A stretch of 64,000 nt of DNA from Clostridia bacterium. GTDB lineage: Bacteria; Bacillota; Clostridia; Oscillospirales; QAKW01. The notes under the pieces were generated by a model. That model was not told the DNA's origin, did not search any database, and was given only the letters and a program-made list of their open reading frames with translations. The first letter of the stretch is position 1, and every line of letters begins with the position of its first letter. Location of the stretch: positions 53,198 through 117,197 of the forward strand of contig JAFSCX010000047.1 of the NCBI GenBank assembly GCA_017436525.1, in the 5' to 3' direction. This document shows, in pieces, positions 50,334 through 62,184 of this stretch. Made by a program: the position numbers and the translations under genes.

Positions 50334-50864
50334 ATTAACGCTAAAGAAGCAAAAGGATTAAGCATCAATGATGCGATCCGCGAGAAAGAAATCCGTGTTG
50401 TAGATTCCGACGGAAGCCAGCTTGGGATTATGTCCTCTGCCGATGCGCTGAAAATTGCCGAGAGCAAAAGCTTGGATTTGGTAATGATCGCGCCTAAGGC
50501 TCAACCCCCTGTCTGCAAAATTATCGATTTCGGTAAATATTGCTATGAGCAGGCTAAAAAGGAAAAAGAGGCCAAGAAAAACCAAAATATTGTTTCTGTC
50601 AAGGAAATACAGTTGACCCTGAAAATTGATACCCACGATATTCAAACCAAGGCATCTCATGCCAATCGGTTTTTGAAATCCGGCGATAAGGTGAAGGTTG
50701 TGGTAAAATTCAAGGGCCGCGAAATGGCTCATACCGAGCTGGGATACGATATCGCAAAGCGTTTTTGTTCCCTGACCGAAGAAAATTGCGTGATCGAAAA
50801 GCCCGCCAAATTGGAAGGGCGTAATATGATCATGGTACTGGCGCCAAAGAAAGAAAAAAAATAA
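50334..50864 (+). CDS. infC: Translation initiation factor IF-3 (ATT start codon)
   Basis: GGAGGTG RBS lies 7 nt before ATT (50334-50336). The product reads [33 protein letters not shown] ... A non-canonical AUU start is the conserved autoregulatory feature of infC. The track ORF starts upstream, inside the terminator. Confidence 0.85.
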   Translation: MNAKEAKGLSINDAIREKEIRVVDSDGSQLGIMSSADALKIAESKSLDLVMIAPKAQPPVCKIIDFGKYCYEQAKKEKEAKKNQNIVSVKEIQLTLKIDTHDIQTKASHANRFLKSGDKVKVVVKFKGREMAHTELGYDIAKRFCSLTEENCVIEKPAKLEGRNMIMVLAPKKEKK

Positions 50865-50877
50865 GGGAGGCTATAAA

Positions 50878-51075
50878 ATGGCTAAGGTAAAGACCCATAG
50901 TGGTGCAAAAAAACGTTTCAAGATTACAAAGGGCGGCAAGATCAAGAGAAGCCACGCTTTCAGATCTCACATCTTGAATAAGAAGACAACCAAGCGCAAG
51001 AGAACTTTGCGCAAAGAGGCTTATGTAGATGCAACCAATGTTGCAGGTCTCAAGAAGCTGATCCCCTACAAATAA
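50878..51075 (+). CDS. rpmI: 50S ribosomal protein L35
   Basis: 65 aa: [24 protein letters not shown]. Confidence 0.95.
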   Translation: MAKVKTHSGAKKRFKITKGGKIKRSHAFRSHILNKKTTKRKRTLRKEAYVDATNVAGLKKLIPYK

Positions 51076-51102
51076 TTTCAAAAAATACGGAGGCTGAAAT
51101 AA

Positions 51103-51462
51103 ATGGCTAGAATTAAAGGTGCGGTTACTACCCGCAAGAGAAGAAAAAAGATTTTGAAGCTCGCTAAAGGTTTCTACGGCGCAAAGAGCAAGCAGTTCAG
51201 AACTGCCAATCAGGCTGTAATGCGTTCTTTGACCAATGCATACATCGGAAGAAAGCAGAAGAAGAGAGATTTCCGTTCCCTCTGGATCACCAGAATCTCC
51301 GCTGCTTGCAAGATGAACGATATCAATTATTCTCAGTTCATGCATGGTTTGAAGCTTGCTAAAATCAACCTTAATAGAAAAATGCTGGCTGAAATCGCAG
51401 TTACCGATGCAGCTGCTTTCACTGTTTTGGTCAACAATGCAAAGAAAGCTTTGAACAAATAA
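51103..51462 (+). CDS. rplT: 50S ribosomal protein L20
   Basis: 119 aa: [26 protein letters not shown]. Confidence 0.95.
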   Translation: MARIKGAVTTRKRRKKILKLAKGFYGAKSKQFRTANQAVMRSLTNAYIGRKQKKRDFRSLWITRISAACKMNDINYSQFMHGLKLAKINLNRKMLAEIAVTDAAAFTVLVNNAKKALNK

Positions 51463-51472
51463 ATTCAATATC

Positions 51473-51503
51473 AAACAGAGCAGATTTTCTGCTCTGTTTT
51501 TCT
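51473..51503 (+). terminator. Terminator after rplT
   Basis: AACAGAGCAGA-ttt-TCTGCTCTGTT + T-run. Confidence 0.8.
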
Positions 51504-51605
51504 TATTTACAAAAAACTATTGCATTTTCTCCCAGTTCTCTTTATAATAGAGCAGGTATCCCCTTTATATAATATATGTAGGTTTTTGAAAGAAGAGCAT
51601 TTTGA

Positions 51606-52373
51606 TTGATGAATAGAATCACCAGTTTGCAAAACGAATATATTAAGCAGCTTGCAAAGCTCAAGACACCATCGGGGCGTAAACTTGCCGGCCAATTTAT
51701 GGTAGAAGGGAAAAAACTTTGCGAGGAAGCATTGCGCAGCGGGCAGAAAATCGAAAAGTGCCTGGTAGTGGAAAGCGAAATTTCAAATCCCCTTTTGGAT
51801 AAGATAGAGGATGAGAAAATCATCTGCATCAGCGACCACATTGCCAAAAAGCTTTCGCAGATGGATACCTGCCCCGGAATCTTTTTCATTCTTCAATTGC
51901 CTGAAGAAAAAACGATGCACCTCCCTCCTTTTATCCTGGCTTTGGATCATCTTTCCGATCCCGCAAATTTAGGAGCTGTATTGCGCTCAGCAGAAGCCTT
52001 TGGCACTGAGCTGATTTATTTAAGCGAAGGATGCGTAGACCTTTATTCCTCAAAAACCCTTCGTGGCGCAATGGGCAGCGCTTTTCGCGTTGCAACTCAG
52101 CGAGGTGATCTCGCAAAATTTCTTGAAGCCCGAAAAGCAGATGGTTATCGAATTTTGGGGGCGGGATTGGATCGCAATTTCAAAGAATTGCCCGAAATTA
52201 CCTTTGATCAACCTACTGTTGTGGTGATCGGAAATGAAGCCAATGGGATCAGCCAAGAGATTCTTCATCTATGCGATCATGGGCTCTTTATTCCCATGAA
52301 GGGCGAAAATGAATCCCTCAACGCAGCGGTTGCAGCCTCCATCATTTTATGGGAGCAATCAAAATGGAAATAA
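51606..52373 (+). CDS. TrmH/SpoU-family RNA 2'-O-methyltransferase
   Basis: 255 aa with SpoU motifs LDHLSDPANLGAVLRSAEAFG, VVIGNEANGIS and IPMKGENESLNAAVAASIILWE. Confidence 0.8.
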   Translation: MMNRITSLQNEYIKQLAKLKTPSGRKLAGQFMVEGKKLCEEALRSGQKIEKCLVVESEISNPLLDKIEDEKIICISDHIAKKLSQMDTCPGIFFILQLPEEKTMHLPPFILALDHLSDPANLGAVLRSAEAFGTELIYLSEGCVDLYSSKTLRGAMGSAFRVATQRGDLAKFLEARKADGYRILGAGLDRNFKELPEITFDQPTVVVIGNEANGISQEILHLCDHGLFIPMKGENESLNAAVAASIILWEQSKWK

Positions 52374-53518
52374 ATCACCAGATCCTTTGGCTTTGGATCA
52401 AAGAGAGCTTGAATTTCAATAATAAGAAAACCTTGCAATTGATTAATGCATTAGGCAGCGTAGAAGAAGTATATGAAGCGCAGGATTTTGCAGATTGCCC
52501 CTTTATAACTCCTGATGAAACAAAGCTTTTACTCAAAAAAGATTTACGATCCGCTTGGGAGGTCTATGGCGATTGCAATGAGAATAGCATTGGAATCTTC
52601 ACATTGGATGATCGGCTTTATCCGGAGCTTCTGCGCGAGATTGATAATCCGCCCTCTCCCCTCTTTTATAAAGGCCATTTGATCAGTTCTCTTGAAAAGC
52701 CCGCTATCACCATTGCAGGCACCAGAAGAAATAATGGCTACGGTGAAAAGATGACCAAGGAGCTGACTACCGCACTTTCGCTTTGCGGCTTTACCATCAT
52801 CTGCGGTGTGGCCGATGGAATAGATTCTATCGCCTATGAATCCGCTCTGCAAGCAGATGGAAATATAATTTTAGTGCTTCCCTTTGGTCTGCTATCCAAT
52901 TCCGGCTGGAAAACCCGCCATTTCAAGGATGTATTGGCGCGAGGCGCTTTGATCAGCGAAATCTACCCGCGCAAATCCTCTCATCGCCACGCCTATCATG
53001 AGCGTAACCGCATCTTAAGCGGCTTAAGCGATGCCACCTTGATCACCCAAGCGCCTGCCAAGAGCGGTGCGATCATGACCGCCAATTACGCCATCGAGCA
53101 AAATCGCGATTTATACGCAGTAATGGCAAATGCCGATATGGAGGAATCGATCGGCTCTAATCAGCTCATCAAAGACGGTTGCTTCCCCGTAACCGAATTT
53201 AATGATATATTGCAGCATTTTCTTCCTGAATACGAAGAAGAATTGGACCCTGTATCATGCAAGCAAGAAAAGGTTCTCTCCCTTCAAGAAGAATTGCAAA
53301 TGGAAAAATTGGATGAATTCAAAAAGAAGCATCTGAAAAAACTCAATGATCATGAGCAAAAAATCTTCTCGATCATGGATCTTGAAGAAAAAACTGCCGA
53401 TACCATCATAGAGCAAGCAGGCCTTCCGATCAGTGAAGCCCTGCAGATTCTCACCACGCTGGAATATAAGAGATTAATTGTCTCCTGCCCCGGCGGGAAA
53501 TTCAAAGTTATCCTATAA
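52364..53518 (+). CDS. dprA: DNA-processing protein DprA (Smf)
   Basis: About 384 aa with ITIAGTRRNNGYGEK, GVADGIDSIAYESAL and the SGAIMTANYAIEQNRDLYAV Rossmann-like DprA core. An alternative start lies at 52349. Confidence 0.8.
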   Translation: MEINHQILWLWIKESLNFNNKKTLQLINALGSVEEVYEAQDFADCPFITPDETKLLLKKDLRSAWEVYGDCNENSIGIFTLDDRLYPELLREIDNPPSPLFYKGHLISSLEKPAITIAGTRRNNGYGEKMTKELTTALSLCGFTIICGVADGIDSIAYESALQADGNIILVLPFGLLSNSGWKTRHFKDVLARGALISEIYPRKSSHRHAYHERNRILSGLSDATLITQAPAKSGAIMTANYAIEQNRDLYAVMANADMEESIGSNQLIKDGCFPVTEFNDILQHFLPEYEEELDPVSCKQEKVLSLQEELQMEKLDEFKKKHLKKLNDHEQKIFSIMDLEEKTADTIIEQAGLPISEALQILTTLEYKRLIVSCPGGKFKVIL

Positions 53519-53530
53519 GAGAGGTCCCTT

Positions 53531-55603
53531 ATGTCGAATTTATTTATTGTAGAGTCCCCGTCTAAAGCTAAAACCATCGAAAAATATTTAGGAAAGAAAT
53601 TCAAAGTCATGGCATCTATGGGCCATATTCGCGATCTGCCAAAAAGCGATTTCGGTATTGATGTCGAAAATGACTTTGCACCTAAATATATTTCCATTCG
53701 CGGAAAAAGCGATTTAATCCGCTCTTTGAAAAAGGAAGCGCAAAAGGCCGATATGGTCTATCTTGCCACTGACCCTGATCGCGAAGGAGAGGCCATTTCT
53801 TGGCATCTTTCCACCCTATTAGGGTTGGAGCCGGATCGTTGCAAACGAGTTGTATTCAACGAAATTACGAAGACCGCTTTGAAATCTGCTGTGGCCGCTC
53901 CCACCGATATCAATATGAATCTTGTAAATGCCCAGCAGGCCCGGCGCGTATTAGATCGCATTGTAGGTTATAAGCTCAGCCCCTTCCTTTGGAGAAAGGT
54001 CAAAAAGGGCCTTTCTGCAGGGCGTGTGCAATCAGTGGCTACCGCTATGATTGTTGATCGCGAGGAAGAAATCCGCGCATTTGTGCCCAAAGAATATTGG
54101 ACCCTCAACGCTGATTTTACCGATTCCGACGGAAGCAATAAAATCGAAGCAAAATTCTACGGCACCCCGAAGGGAAGCATTGAAATCAATAATGAAACCG
54201 ATGCCACCCGCATCTATAATGAACTCCAAGAAAGTACCTTCAAAATCAGCAGTATCAAGCGAGCTGAAAAGAGAAAATCCCCTGCCCCTCCGTTTATCAC
54301 CTCTACCTTGCAGCAAGAGGCCTCCCGCCGCTTTAATTTCCAAGCAAAGCGTACGATGAAGGCTGCGCAGGAATTATATGAAGGTGTGAATATTAAGGGA
54401 GTTGGCCTTGTGGGTCTTATCACCTATATGAGAACCGATTCATTGAGAATTTCCGACGAAGCAGCAAACGCCGCCAAAGAGCATATCATCTCCACCTACG
54501 GCGAAAGTTATTATCCCCCTGCTCGCCGCTATTTCAAGACCAAGAAGAGTGCGCAGGATGCCCACGAAGCCATCCGCCCCTCCAATATTACGATCACTCC
54601 CGAGCAAGCAAAACTTACCTGCACGCCCGATCAATACCGCATTTATAAGCTGATCTACGATCGATTCCTCGCTTCTCAGATGGCTGAAGCGGTTTACGAC
54701 ACCTTAAATGCCGAGATTACAGACGGTAAATATGTATTCAAAGCCGCCTGCCAGGTATTAAAATTCAAGGGTTTTACCGCCGCTTATCAGGAGACTGAAA
54801 AGGAAAAGAATCACCGCAAGCTTTATAAGGTGGAAGAGGGAGATGAAATGACTCTGCAAGCCCTCTCTAAGGATCAAAACTTTACTCAACCGCCCTCCCG
54901 CTATACCGAAGCATCTCTCATCAAGGCTTTGGAAGAAAATGAGATAGGCCGTCCTTCCACTTTTGTACCCATCATTACGACCATTCTTGCAAGAGAATAT
55001 GTAGAGCGGGACGGTAAAACCTTAAAGCCTACTGCTTTAGGCGAGGTTACTACTAAGCTGATGAAGGATCATTTTGCATCCATTGTGGATTATGATTTTA
55101 CTGCCCAGCTTGAGACAGAGCTGGATAAGGTAGAAGAAGGGTCTGCTGAATGGCAAGCAATCGTCGGGCATTTCTACGACCTTTTTATCAAAACCTTAGA
55201 GCAAGCTGAAAAAAACTTGACAGAGCGTGTGAAACTGCCCGAAGAGGTTACCGAGGAGATCTGCCCCAACTGCGGCAAAAACCTTGTTGTAAAAAGTGGC
55301 CGATTCGGAAAGTTTTTAGCTTGCCCCGGTTATCCGGAGTGTCGATTCACTAAAACCATAGTAATTGATACCCAAGTACCCTGCCCCAAATGCGGCGGAA
55401 AAATTTTGCAAAAACGCTCCAAATCCGGAAAGACATATTACGGATGCGAGCATAATCCCACCTGCGATTTTATGACATGGGATGAACCGCTGACGCAAAG
55501 ATGCGAAAAATGCGGCGCCCCCTTATTCAAAAGAAGCGGCAGAGGAAGAGAAACCTACTGCTCCAATTCCGCTTGCGGCAAGCAGGAGGCATCCAATGAA
55601 TAA
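53531..55603 (+). CDS. topA: DNA topoisomerase I
   Basis: 690 aa with Toprim [30 protein letters not shown] and C-terminal zinc ribbons (CPNCG, CPKCGG, CEKCG). Confidence 0.95.
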   Translation: MSNLFIVESPSKAKTIEKYLGKKFKVMASMGHIRDLPKSDFGIDVENDFAPKYISIRGKSDLIRSLKKEAQKADMVYLATDPDREGEAISWHLSTLLGLEPDRCKRVVFNEITKTALKSAVAAPTDINMNLVNAQQARRVLDRIVGYKLSPFLWRKVKKGLSAGRVQSVATAMIVDREEEIRAFVPKEYWTLNADFTDSDGSNKIEAKFYGTPKGSIEINNETDATRIYNELQESTFKISSIKRAEKRKSPAPPFITSTLQQEASRRFNFQAKRTMKAAQELYEGVNIKGVGLVGLITYMRTDSLRISDEAANAAKEHIISTYGESYYPPARRYFKTKKSAQDAHEAIRPSNITITPEQAKLTCTPDQYRIYKLIYDRFLASQMAEAVYDTLNAEITDGKYVFKAACQVLKFKGFTAAYQETEKEKNHRKLYKVEEGDEMTLQALSKDQNFTQPPSRYTEASLIKALEENEIGRPSTFVPIITTILAREYVERDGKTLKPTALGEVTTKLMKDHFASIVDYDFTAQLETELDKVEEGSAEWQAIVGHFYDLFIKTLEQAEKNLTERVKLPEEVTEEICPNCGKNLVVKSGRFGKFLACPGYPECRFTKTIVIDTQVPCPKCGGKILQKRSKSGKTYYGCEHNPTCDFMTWDEPLTQRCEKCGAPLFKRSGRGRETYCSNSACGKQEASNE

Positions 55604-56921
55604 AAAAGCCACGGTTGTGGGCGCGGGTCTTGCAGGCTGCGAGGCAGCATACCAACTGGCAAAACGCGGCATTGAGGTTACCCTCTATGAGATGAAACCC
55701 CAAAAAATGTCGCCCGCCCACCATAGTGAGAATTTTGCCGAATTGGTTTGCTCCAATTCATTAAGAGGTGCATCTCTTTCCAATGCAGTCGGGCTGTTAA
55801 AAGAAGAGATGCGGCGCTTGGATTCCATCATTATGCAAGCAGCAGATGCAACCCAAGTTCCTGCAGGGGGCGCTTTGGCGGTCGATCGCGAAGCCTTTTC
55901 AAAAAATATTACAGACGCCATTTCAGCCCATCCTCTCATCACCGTAGTTCAGAAAGAAATCACCTCTCTTCCCGAAGATGAAAATGTAATTATTGCGACA
56001 GGCCCTCTCACCAGCGATGCTCTCTCTGAATCGATCCATTCATACTTTGGAAAAGAATATCTATCCTTCTTTGATGCGGCAGCTCCGATTGTAACCTACG
56101 AAAGCATTAATATGGACAAAGCCTTCTTTGCTTCCCGCTACAATAAGGGTACACCGGATTATATCAATTGCCCCATGACAAAAGAAGAATATTTAGCGTT
56201 CTATCACGCTTTGAGAGCGGCCGAATGTGCAGAGCTTCATGATTTTGATCATCAAGTCTTCGAAGGCTGTATGCCCATTGAAGAAATGGCACGCCGCGGC
56301 GAAGATACCATGCGCTATGGCCCTCTAAAGCCGGTGGGGCTTGTAGATGATCGGACCGGTCTTAAATCTTATGGAGTCGTTCAGCTGCGAAAAGACAACG
56401 CTGCAGGCAGCCTCTATAATATCGTAGGCTTTCAGACTCATCTGAAATTCCCCGAGCAAAAGCGTGTATTTTCCATGATACCGGGGCTTGAGAATGCCGA
56501 CTTTGTCCGCTATGGTGTGATGCACCGCAACACCTATCTCCATTCCCCCTCTCTTCTTCATGCCGATTTCAGCGTAAAAGGAAAAGAGACTCTATACTTT
56601 GCAGGGCAGATGACCGGCGTGGAGGGCTATGTGGAATCCGCTTCTTCCGGCTTGATGGCCGGGCTCTCCCTTGCAGCAAAAATTTTAGAGCTCTCTCTTC
56701 CCCGTTTTTCCAATATCCATGCGATTGGTGCCATGGGCCAATATATCAGCACACCCAACGATCATTTTCAGCCCATGAACATAAATTTTGGAATCATTGC
56801 TCCTCTTGAGCAAAGAATTCGCGTCAAGCAAGAGCGATACATGGCAATTTCCCGGCGCAGCCTTGATGCGTTGGATAAAATCATCGGCGAATCCCAATTA
56901 TTGAAAGGAGAAAACCAATGA
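55596..56921 (+). CDS. trmFO: Methylenetetrahydrofolate--tRNA-(uracil54-C5)-methyltransferase TrmFO
   Basis: 441 aa with the FAD motif [19 protein letters not shown] and LVCSNSLR. The topA-trmFO synteny is typical of Firmicutes. Confidence 0.9.
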   Translation: MNKKATVVGAGLAGCEAAYQLAKRGIEVTLYEMKPQKMSPAHHSENFAELVCSNSLRGASLSNAVGLLKEEMRRLDSIIMQAADATQVPAGGALAVDREAFSKNITDAISAHPLITVVQKEITSLPEDENVIIATGPLTSDALSESIHSYFGKEYLSFFDAAAPIVTYESINMDKAFFASRYNKGTPDYINCPMTKEEYLAFYHALRAAECAELHDFDHQVFEGCMPIEEMARRGEDTMRYGPLKPVGLVDDRTGLKSYGVVQLRKDNAAGSLYNIVGFQTHLKFPEQKRVFSMIPGLENADFVRYGVMHRNTYLHSPSLLHADFSVKGKETLYFAGQMTGVEGYVESASSGLMAGLSLAAKILELSLPRFSNIHAIGAMGQYISTPNDHFQPMNINFGIIAPLEQRIRVKQERYMAISRRSLDALDKIIGESQLLKGENQ

Positions 56922-57913
56922 GAATCGTAGTTGATGCTCACGGCGGTGATCATGCACCGCTTGAAATTATTAAAGGTTGCTGCATGGCAGCTGATGAATT
57001 AAAAGATGTAACCATCCTCTTAGTCGGCCGGAAAAACGAGCTGACTCAATTAATGAGCGACCATGGTCTCCCTGCCAATCGCTTTGAAATTGTGGATGCT
57101 CCGGATGTACTGACAATGGAAGATGAACCCACTTCTGTATTAAAAGAGAAGCAATACAGCTCCATGGCAGTTGCCTTCAAGCTTTTGAAAGAGGATAAAG
57201 CCGATGCTTTTGTAAGCGCAGGCAATAGCGGTGCTGTCTTGGTGGGCGCCACCCTCTTAGTCAAGAGAATTCGCGGCATCAAGAGAGCGGCTCTCGCTGC
57301 CGTAATGCCTTCTCTTAATGGGCCTTATATGATGCTGGATTGCGGCGCAAATGTTGAATGTAAACCCGAATATCTTGATCAATTTGCAACCATGGGCAGC
57401 ATTTATATGAAATCCTGCCTGAATATTGAGAACCCCCGCGTTGGAATGCTCAACAACGGGACTGAAGAATGCAAAGGCCTTGATTTGCAGCAGCAAGCAT
57501 ATAAGCTCTTAAAAGAAAACAACAACATCAATTTTATCGGAAATATAGAAGGTCGTGATATGCCCCTCGGCGGCGCTGATGTTGTAGTCGCTGATGGATT
57601 TTCCGGCAATATTGCCCTGAAGGTATCGGAGGGATGGGGCAAAATGTTTGCCACCACTCTGAAAGAAATGCTCACCAAAAATCTCAAAACCAAGCTGGGT
57701 GCATTGTTGATCATGGATCAGATCAATGATTTCCGCAAAAAGATGGATTATAAAGAATATGGCGGCGCGCCTCTGCTCGGCATTTCAAAGCCGGTCGTTA
57801 AAGCCCATGGCTCCTCCGATGCGAAAGCCTTTAAGAATGCCATCCGCCAAGCAAATATCTTTGCCCAAAGCGGAATGATTCAAACTATTGAAGCCGCATT
57901 AAACAATAATTAA
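56918..57913 (+). CDS. plsX: Phosphate:acyl-ACP acyltransferase PlsX
   Basis: 331 aa: [14 protein letters not shown] ... SAGNSGA ... KAHGSSD. Confidence 0.9.
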   Translation: MRIVVDAHGGDHAPLEIIKGCCMAADELKDVTILLVGRKNELTQLMSDHGLPANRFEIVDAPDVLTMEDEPTSVLKEKQYSSMAVAFKLLKEDKADAFVSAGNSGAVLVGATLLVKRIRGIKRAALAAVMPSLNGPYMMLDCGANVECKPEYLDQFATMGSIYMKSCLNIENPRVGMLNNGTEECKGLDLQQQAYKLLKENNNINFIGNIEGRDMPLGGADVVVADGFSGNIALKVSEGWGKMFATTLKEMLTKNLKTKLGALLIMDQINDFRKKMDYKEYGGAPLLGISKPVVKAHGSSDAKAFKNAIRQANIFAQSGMIQTIEAALNNN

Positions 57914-57984
57914 CTTGACATTTTTTCATAAAATAGGTACTATATTAATTGTGTAATTACACAAACAGAAAGGAATTTTTGAAT

Positions 57985-58203
57985 ATGTTTGAAAAAGTAA
58001 AAGCAATCGTTATGGATCAACTGTCTATCTCCGATGAGGATATGATTACCTTGAATACTACCTTAGAGGATCTGGGTGCTGATTCTTTGGATATGGTAGA
58101 AGTAATTATGGCCATTGAAGACGAATTCGACGTGCAGATCAAAGATGAAGATCTGGAAAGCCTTAAGACTCTTGCCGATTTGATCGACTACATCAACAAA
58201 TAA
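57985..58203 (+). CDS. acpP: Acyl carrier protein
   Basis: 72 aa from the ATG at 57985 (RBS GAAAGGAA) with the phosphopantetheine site LGADSLDMVE. Confidence 0.9.
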   Translation: MFEKVKAIVMDQLSISDEDMITLNTTLEDLGADSLDMVEVIMAIEDEFDVQIKDEDLESLKTLADLIDYINK

Positions 58204-58204
58204 A

Positions 58205-58900
58205 ATGCAGGATCTTCAATCACTGCAAAATCAAATGGGCTATACCTTTCGGGATGAGCAGCTTTTGCGCCATGCCCTTGCCCACTCCAGCTATGCCAAT
58301 GAGCATCGAGGAGAGGTCCCCGGCTCTAATGAGCGATTGGAATTTTTAGGCGATTCGGTATTGGGTGTTATTACCGCTGAATACCTTTACAGCCACTTTC
58401 AAGCATTGCCGGAAGGAAATCTCACTAAAATGCGCGCAGCATTGGTCTGCGAAAATTCCCTCTTTGAATTTGCAAAGGAATTAAAGCTTGGAGATTATCT
58501 TCTTTTGGGCCATGGGGAAGAGCGTTCCGGAAGCAGAAATCGCCCTTCTATTCTTTCGGATGCTTTTGAGGCGGTATTGGCTGCTGTCTATTTAGACGGC
58601 GGCTTTGAAGCGGCAAAAAAATATGTACTCCCCTTTATAATGGAGGGTGCAAAAAAACTCCATGCAGGAAACCAAGATCATGATTATAAAACCACGTTGC
58701 AAGAAATTGCGCAGCAAAATCCGGGCGAGCTGATTCACTATGAATTGATTGGCTCCACCGGCCCCGATCATGCAAAGGTTTTTGAGGTTCATTGCTACTT
58801 AAACAGTAATCTTCTCGGAAAAGGAAAAGGCCGCAGCAAAAAAGAAGCCGAGCAAATGGCAGCAAAGGAAGCGCTGAAGTTGATGGGCGAGCAACTATGA
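58205..58900 (+). CDS. rnc: Ribonuclease III
   Basis: 231 aa with the signature ERLEFLGDSVL and a C-terminal dsRBD (GKGRSKKEAEQMAAKEAL). Confidence 0.9.
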   Translation: MQDLQSLQNQMGYTFRDEQLLRHALAHSSYANEHRGEVPGSNERLEFLGDSVLGVITAEYLYSHFQALPEGNLTKMRAALVCENSLFEFAKELKLGDYLLLGHGEERSGSRNRPSILSDAFEAVLAAVYLDGGFEAAKKYVLPFIMEGAKKLHAGNQDHDYKTTLQEIAQQNPGELIHYELIGSTGPDHAKVFEVHCYLNSNLLGKGKGRSKKEAEQMAAKEALKLMGEQL

Positions 58901-59859
58901 AGCACGCAAATCTTGCTATCTTTATCCCCTTTGCAGGCTGCCCTCATCAATGCAGCTTCTGCGATCAGCATTTGATTACAGGCGCTCAGAGAATGCCCTC
59001 CATCCAATTAATAGAAGATATGATTAAGCTCTGCGTCAGCCGCCCGAACCATCGGCGCGATCTGGCGCAGATCGCTTTTTTCGGCGGATCGTTTACTTGT
59101 ATTCCAAAAGAGCAAATGATTGCATTGCTGGAGGCGGCTTCCCCCTATGTAGAGAAAGGCTTATTCAGCGGCATCAGGATCTCAACAAGGCCCGACGGAA
59201 TCAATGAAGAAATGCTGAATCTTCTAAAAAAATATCATGTAACCTCTATTGAGTTGGGCGCTCAAAGCATGGATCCTGCAGTGCTTCAAGCGGCAAGGCG
59301 CGGCCACACACCGGAGGACACGATTCAAGCCTCAAAGCAAATTAAAGATGCCGGTTTTACCTTAGGCCTTCAAATGCTCCCGGGGCTTCCCTTGGACACC
59401 CCAGAAAAAGCATTGGATACAGCAATGCGGCTGATTGCTCTGAAACCGCAAGAAATGCGTGTATATCCCGCTGTTGTATTTCCGGGCACTTCTCTTTATG
59501 AGCAATATAAAAACGGCTCATATCGCCCATTATCGGTCGATGAGGCGTTGCAATGGACCATTCCCATTGCCGACGAAATTCTAAAGCATAAAATCACTCT
59601 TCTTAAGGTGGGGCTCCACCAGGCCGACGGAGCTGTTGCAGGCGCTTTTCACCCTGCATTCGGAGAAATGGTTCGCACAGGAGTGTTCAATAAACGGCTT
59701 TTAGAACGCCTGCCCCAAAAAGGCGTCTATACCATAAAGGTTCATCCAAAAGAGCTTTCTATCGCCTTAGGGCAAAAAAGAAGCAATTTGGATTATTGGA
59801 AATCCCTTGGGTATGAGCTTCATTTTTCCCCCGATACTACTGCTGAATTCATTATATAA
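58897..59859 (+). CDS. Radical SAM protein (ELP3/HemN-like fold), function unknown
   Basis: 320 aa with an N-terminal CPHQCSFC (CxxxCxxC) motif; overlaps the rnc stop by 4 nt. Confidence 0.7.
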   Translation: MKHANLAIFIPFAGCPHQCSFCDQHLITGAQRMPSIQLIEDMIKLCVSRPNHRRDLAQIAFFGGSFTCIPKEQMIALLEAASPYVEKGLFSGIRISTRPDGINEEMLNLLKKYHVTSIELGAQSMDPAVLQAARRGHTPEDTIQASKQIKDAGFTLGLQMLPGLPLDTPEKALDTAMRLIALKPQEMRVYPAVVFPGTSLYEQYKNGSYRPLSVDEALQWTIPIADEILKHKITLLKVGLHQADGAVAGAFHPAFGEMVRTGVFNKRLLERLPQKGVYTIKVHPKELSIALGQKRSNLDYWKSLGYELHFSPDTTAEFII

Positions 59860-60166
59860 AAAGGCTGTAAAAACCAATGGTTTTTACAGCCTCAGCGTGT
59901 CAAAAAACTCCTGCGGAGGTTTTTGACACGCTGGTAGACTCTCAAAAAAGAGTGCAGATTTCGTCGATCTGTTCTCGTCGGCGTACATGGGTACGGTAGA
60001 GAGCAGATCGGCGGAAAGCAGAAAATTTTAATCAAAATCCGCATCATCATGCGGATTTTTTCCTTATAATAAGAAAGCAAGGAAAAAAGTGTAAGTTTTT
60101 TCCTTGCTGATTTATAGAATCGGCAGAATTCTTTTATTCTCTTATTTTCTGTGGTCTGTGCCTTTT

Positions 60167-60643
60167 TTACATTGTTATGTCCTCAAATTTACAGGGTATT
60201 ACGAGGGGAAGATCCTGCGGATCAAGAAGGATCTGCGCACCGATGCGGCCGCCGCTGATGATAATTTCATCAAAAAGAATAGCCGTCTCATCAAATACTG
60301 CGGGAAATTGCTTTTTCAGCCCAATGGCGGTGCAGCCCCCTCTCACATAGCCGGTAAGAGAAAATAGTTCCTTTACGGGGATTAATTCCACCGCCTTCTC
60401 CCCTACTGCTTTTGCTGCCTTTTTAAGATCCAGCTCTTCCGCAACAGGAAGAGCAAATACATAATGCGCCCCGCTTTTCCCCGCTGCAATCAGCGATTTG
60501 AAGGAGCGCTCTTTTTCTTGCCCCAACTGCTCAGCGATATGAACACCATCTATGAATTCATCACATTCATAAAGATTCATTCGAAAAGGAATCTTCTTTT
60601 GCTCCAGAATTCGCATGGCATTGGTTTTTACTTCCTTGCCCAT
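60167..60643 (-). CDS. ybaK: Cys-tRNA(Pro)/Cys-tRNA(Cys) deacylase YbaK/EbsC family
   Basis: 158 aa: KTNAMRILEQKKIPF ... KSLIAAGKSG ... GGCTAIGLKK. Its ATG shares one base (60643) with the tyrS stop. Confidence 0.8.
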   Translation of the reverse strand: MGKEVKTNAMRILEQKKIPFRMNLYECDEFIDGVHIAEQLGQEKERSFKSLIAAGKSGAHYVFALPVAEELDLKKAAKAVGEKAVELIPVKELFSLTGYVRGGCTAIGLKKQFPAVFDETAILFDEIIISGGRIGAQILLDPQDLPLVIPCKFEDITM

Positions 60644-61863
60644 TATTTTGCAGAAATTTTGATAAACTTTTTCTTGCCGCGCTTTAATACAAAGCTATTT
60701 TCTACCTGCTTCTTGGTGAAGGTCTTTTTCACATCCAAAACCTTCTCCCCTTCTACAGTTACACCGCCCTGCTCTACAGCACGACGCCCTTCGGAACGGG
60801 AAGGTACAAGCCCGCTTTTAACCAGCAAGGTGATTACATCGACTGCTCCGTCGGTATAATCGCCTTCTTCCACTACATAGGTAGGCATATTCTCCGCATT
60901 TCCGGCGCCAAAGAGCGCGCGAGCGCTTTCCTCTGCCTTGCGCGCTTCTTCCTCGCCATGCACAAGAGCTGTAAGCTCATAAGCAAGGATTTCTTTTGCG
61001 CGATTAAGCTGGCTTCCTTCCCATGTATCCATCTCATTGATCTGCTCCAGCGGCAGGAAAGTCAGCATGCGGATGCACTTTAATACATCGGCATCATTTA
61101 CATTTCTCCAATATTGATAGAAATCAAAGGGAGAGGTTTTATTGGGATCCAGCCATACTGCGCCGCCGGCAGTTTTACCCATCTTCTTTCCTTCGCTGGT
61201 CAAAAGAAGGGTGATGGTCATCGCGTGAGCATCTTTGCCCAGCTTTCTGCGAATCAGCTCTGTACCACCCAGCATGTTGCTCCATTGATCATTGCCGCCA
61301 AATTGCATATTGCAGCCATATTTTTGGAAAAGATAATAGAAATCATAAGATTGCATGATCATATAGTTGAATTCCAAGAAGGAAAGGCCTTTTTCCATTC
61401 TCTGCTTATAACACTCTGCACGAAGCATATTATTTACAGAGAAACAAGCGCCGACCTCTCTCAATACATCTACATAATTGAGATCCATCAACCAATCGGC
61501 GTTATTGACCATCTGCGCTTTTCCTTCACCGAATTCAATAAAGCGCTCCATTTGCTTCTTAAAGCAATCGCAATTATGCTGAATGGTCTCTTTGGTCATC
61601 ATAGAGCGCATATCGGTACGGCCGGAAGGATCGCCGATCATCGCGGTACCGCCGCCGATCAGAGCGATAGGGCGGTTGCCTGCCATCTGCAGCCGTTTCA
61701 TCAAGCAAAGCGCCATAAAATGGCCAACATGCAGGCTATCGGCAGTGGGATCAAAGCCAATATAGAAGGTGGCTTTCCCATTATTTACAAGCTCTCTGAT
61801 TTCCTCTTCATTGGTTACCTGAGCAATCAGCCCACGGGCAACAAGTTCGTCATAAATCTGCAT
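60643..61863 (-). CDS. tyrS: Tyrosine--tRNA ligase
   Basis: About 406 aa from the ATG at 61863 ([24 protein letters not shown]). It has the HIGH motif LHVGHF, the KMSKS-type KMGKT and a C-terminal S4 domain. The track ORF start at 61962 lies inside the T-box leader. Confidence 0.95.
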   Translation of the reverse strand: MQIYDELVARGLIAQVTNEEEIRELVNNGKATFYIGFDPTADSLHVGHFMALCLMKRLQMAGNRPIALIGGGTAMIGDPSGRTDMRSMMTKETIQHNCDCFKKQMERFIEFGEGKAQMVNNADWLMDLNYVDVLREVGACFSVNNMLRAECYKQRMEKGLSFLEFNYMIMQSYDFYYLFQKYGCNMQFGGNDQWSNMLGGTELIRRKLGKDAHAMTITLLLTSEGKKMGKTAGGAVWLDPNKTSPFDFYQYWRNVNDADVLKCIRMLTFLPLEQINEMDTWEGSQLNRAKEILAYELTALVHGEEEARKAEESARALFGAGNAENMPTYVVEEGDYTDGAVDVITLLVKSGLVPSRSEGRRAVEQGGVTVEGEKVLDVKKTFTKKQVENSFVLKRGKKKFIKISAK

Positions 61864-61869
61864 GATTCT

Positions 61870-62150
61870 CATCCTTTCAATATAAAAGCCCTCTGCTCCC
61901 CAATCGGGAGCAGAGGGCAAAAATTCTTTTGCGGTACCACCTCTGCGGCAAATACTTCTCACAAAGTATTCCTCAGCGCGTTCCTTATCAACGCCGCCCT
62001 GCTAACGGAAGGCTTCCGCTGCCGCCTACTCTTCCTTCGGGGCAGATGCTCCGGGATGTATTCGCAAAGCACCTTCTTCTCCGCCTTACACCAGCCGGCG
62101 GCTCTCTTTGCAAGAAAAATGCTGCTACTTGTTCCCTTCTCAGCTTGAAT
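61870..62150 (-). promoter_or_regulatory. T-box leader upstream of tyrS, specifier UAC (Tyr)
   Basis: On the minus strand the promoter is TTGACA-17-TAAAAT, followed by an AGAGA box and a distal loop GGCTGGTGTAA. The specifier context is GAA-UAC-A-UCCC and the T-box is GAGGTGGTACCGCAAAAG. Confidence 0.8.
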
Positions 62151-62184
62151 AATTTTAACCTTTTTTATTCTCTTTGTCAAGCCC

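Noticed and set aside
61114-62148. A 344-aa plus-strand ORF.
   Set aside because: It is antisense to tyrS and its T-box leader.
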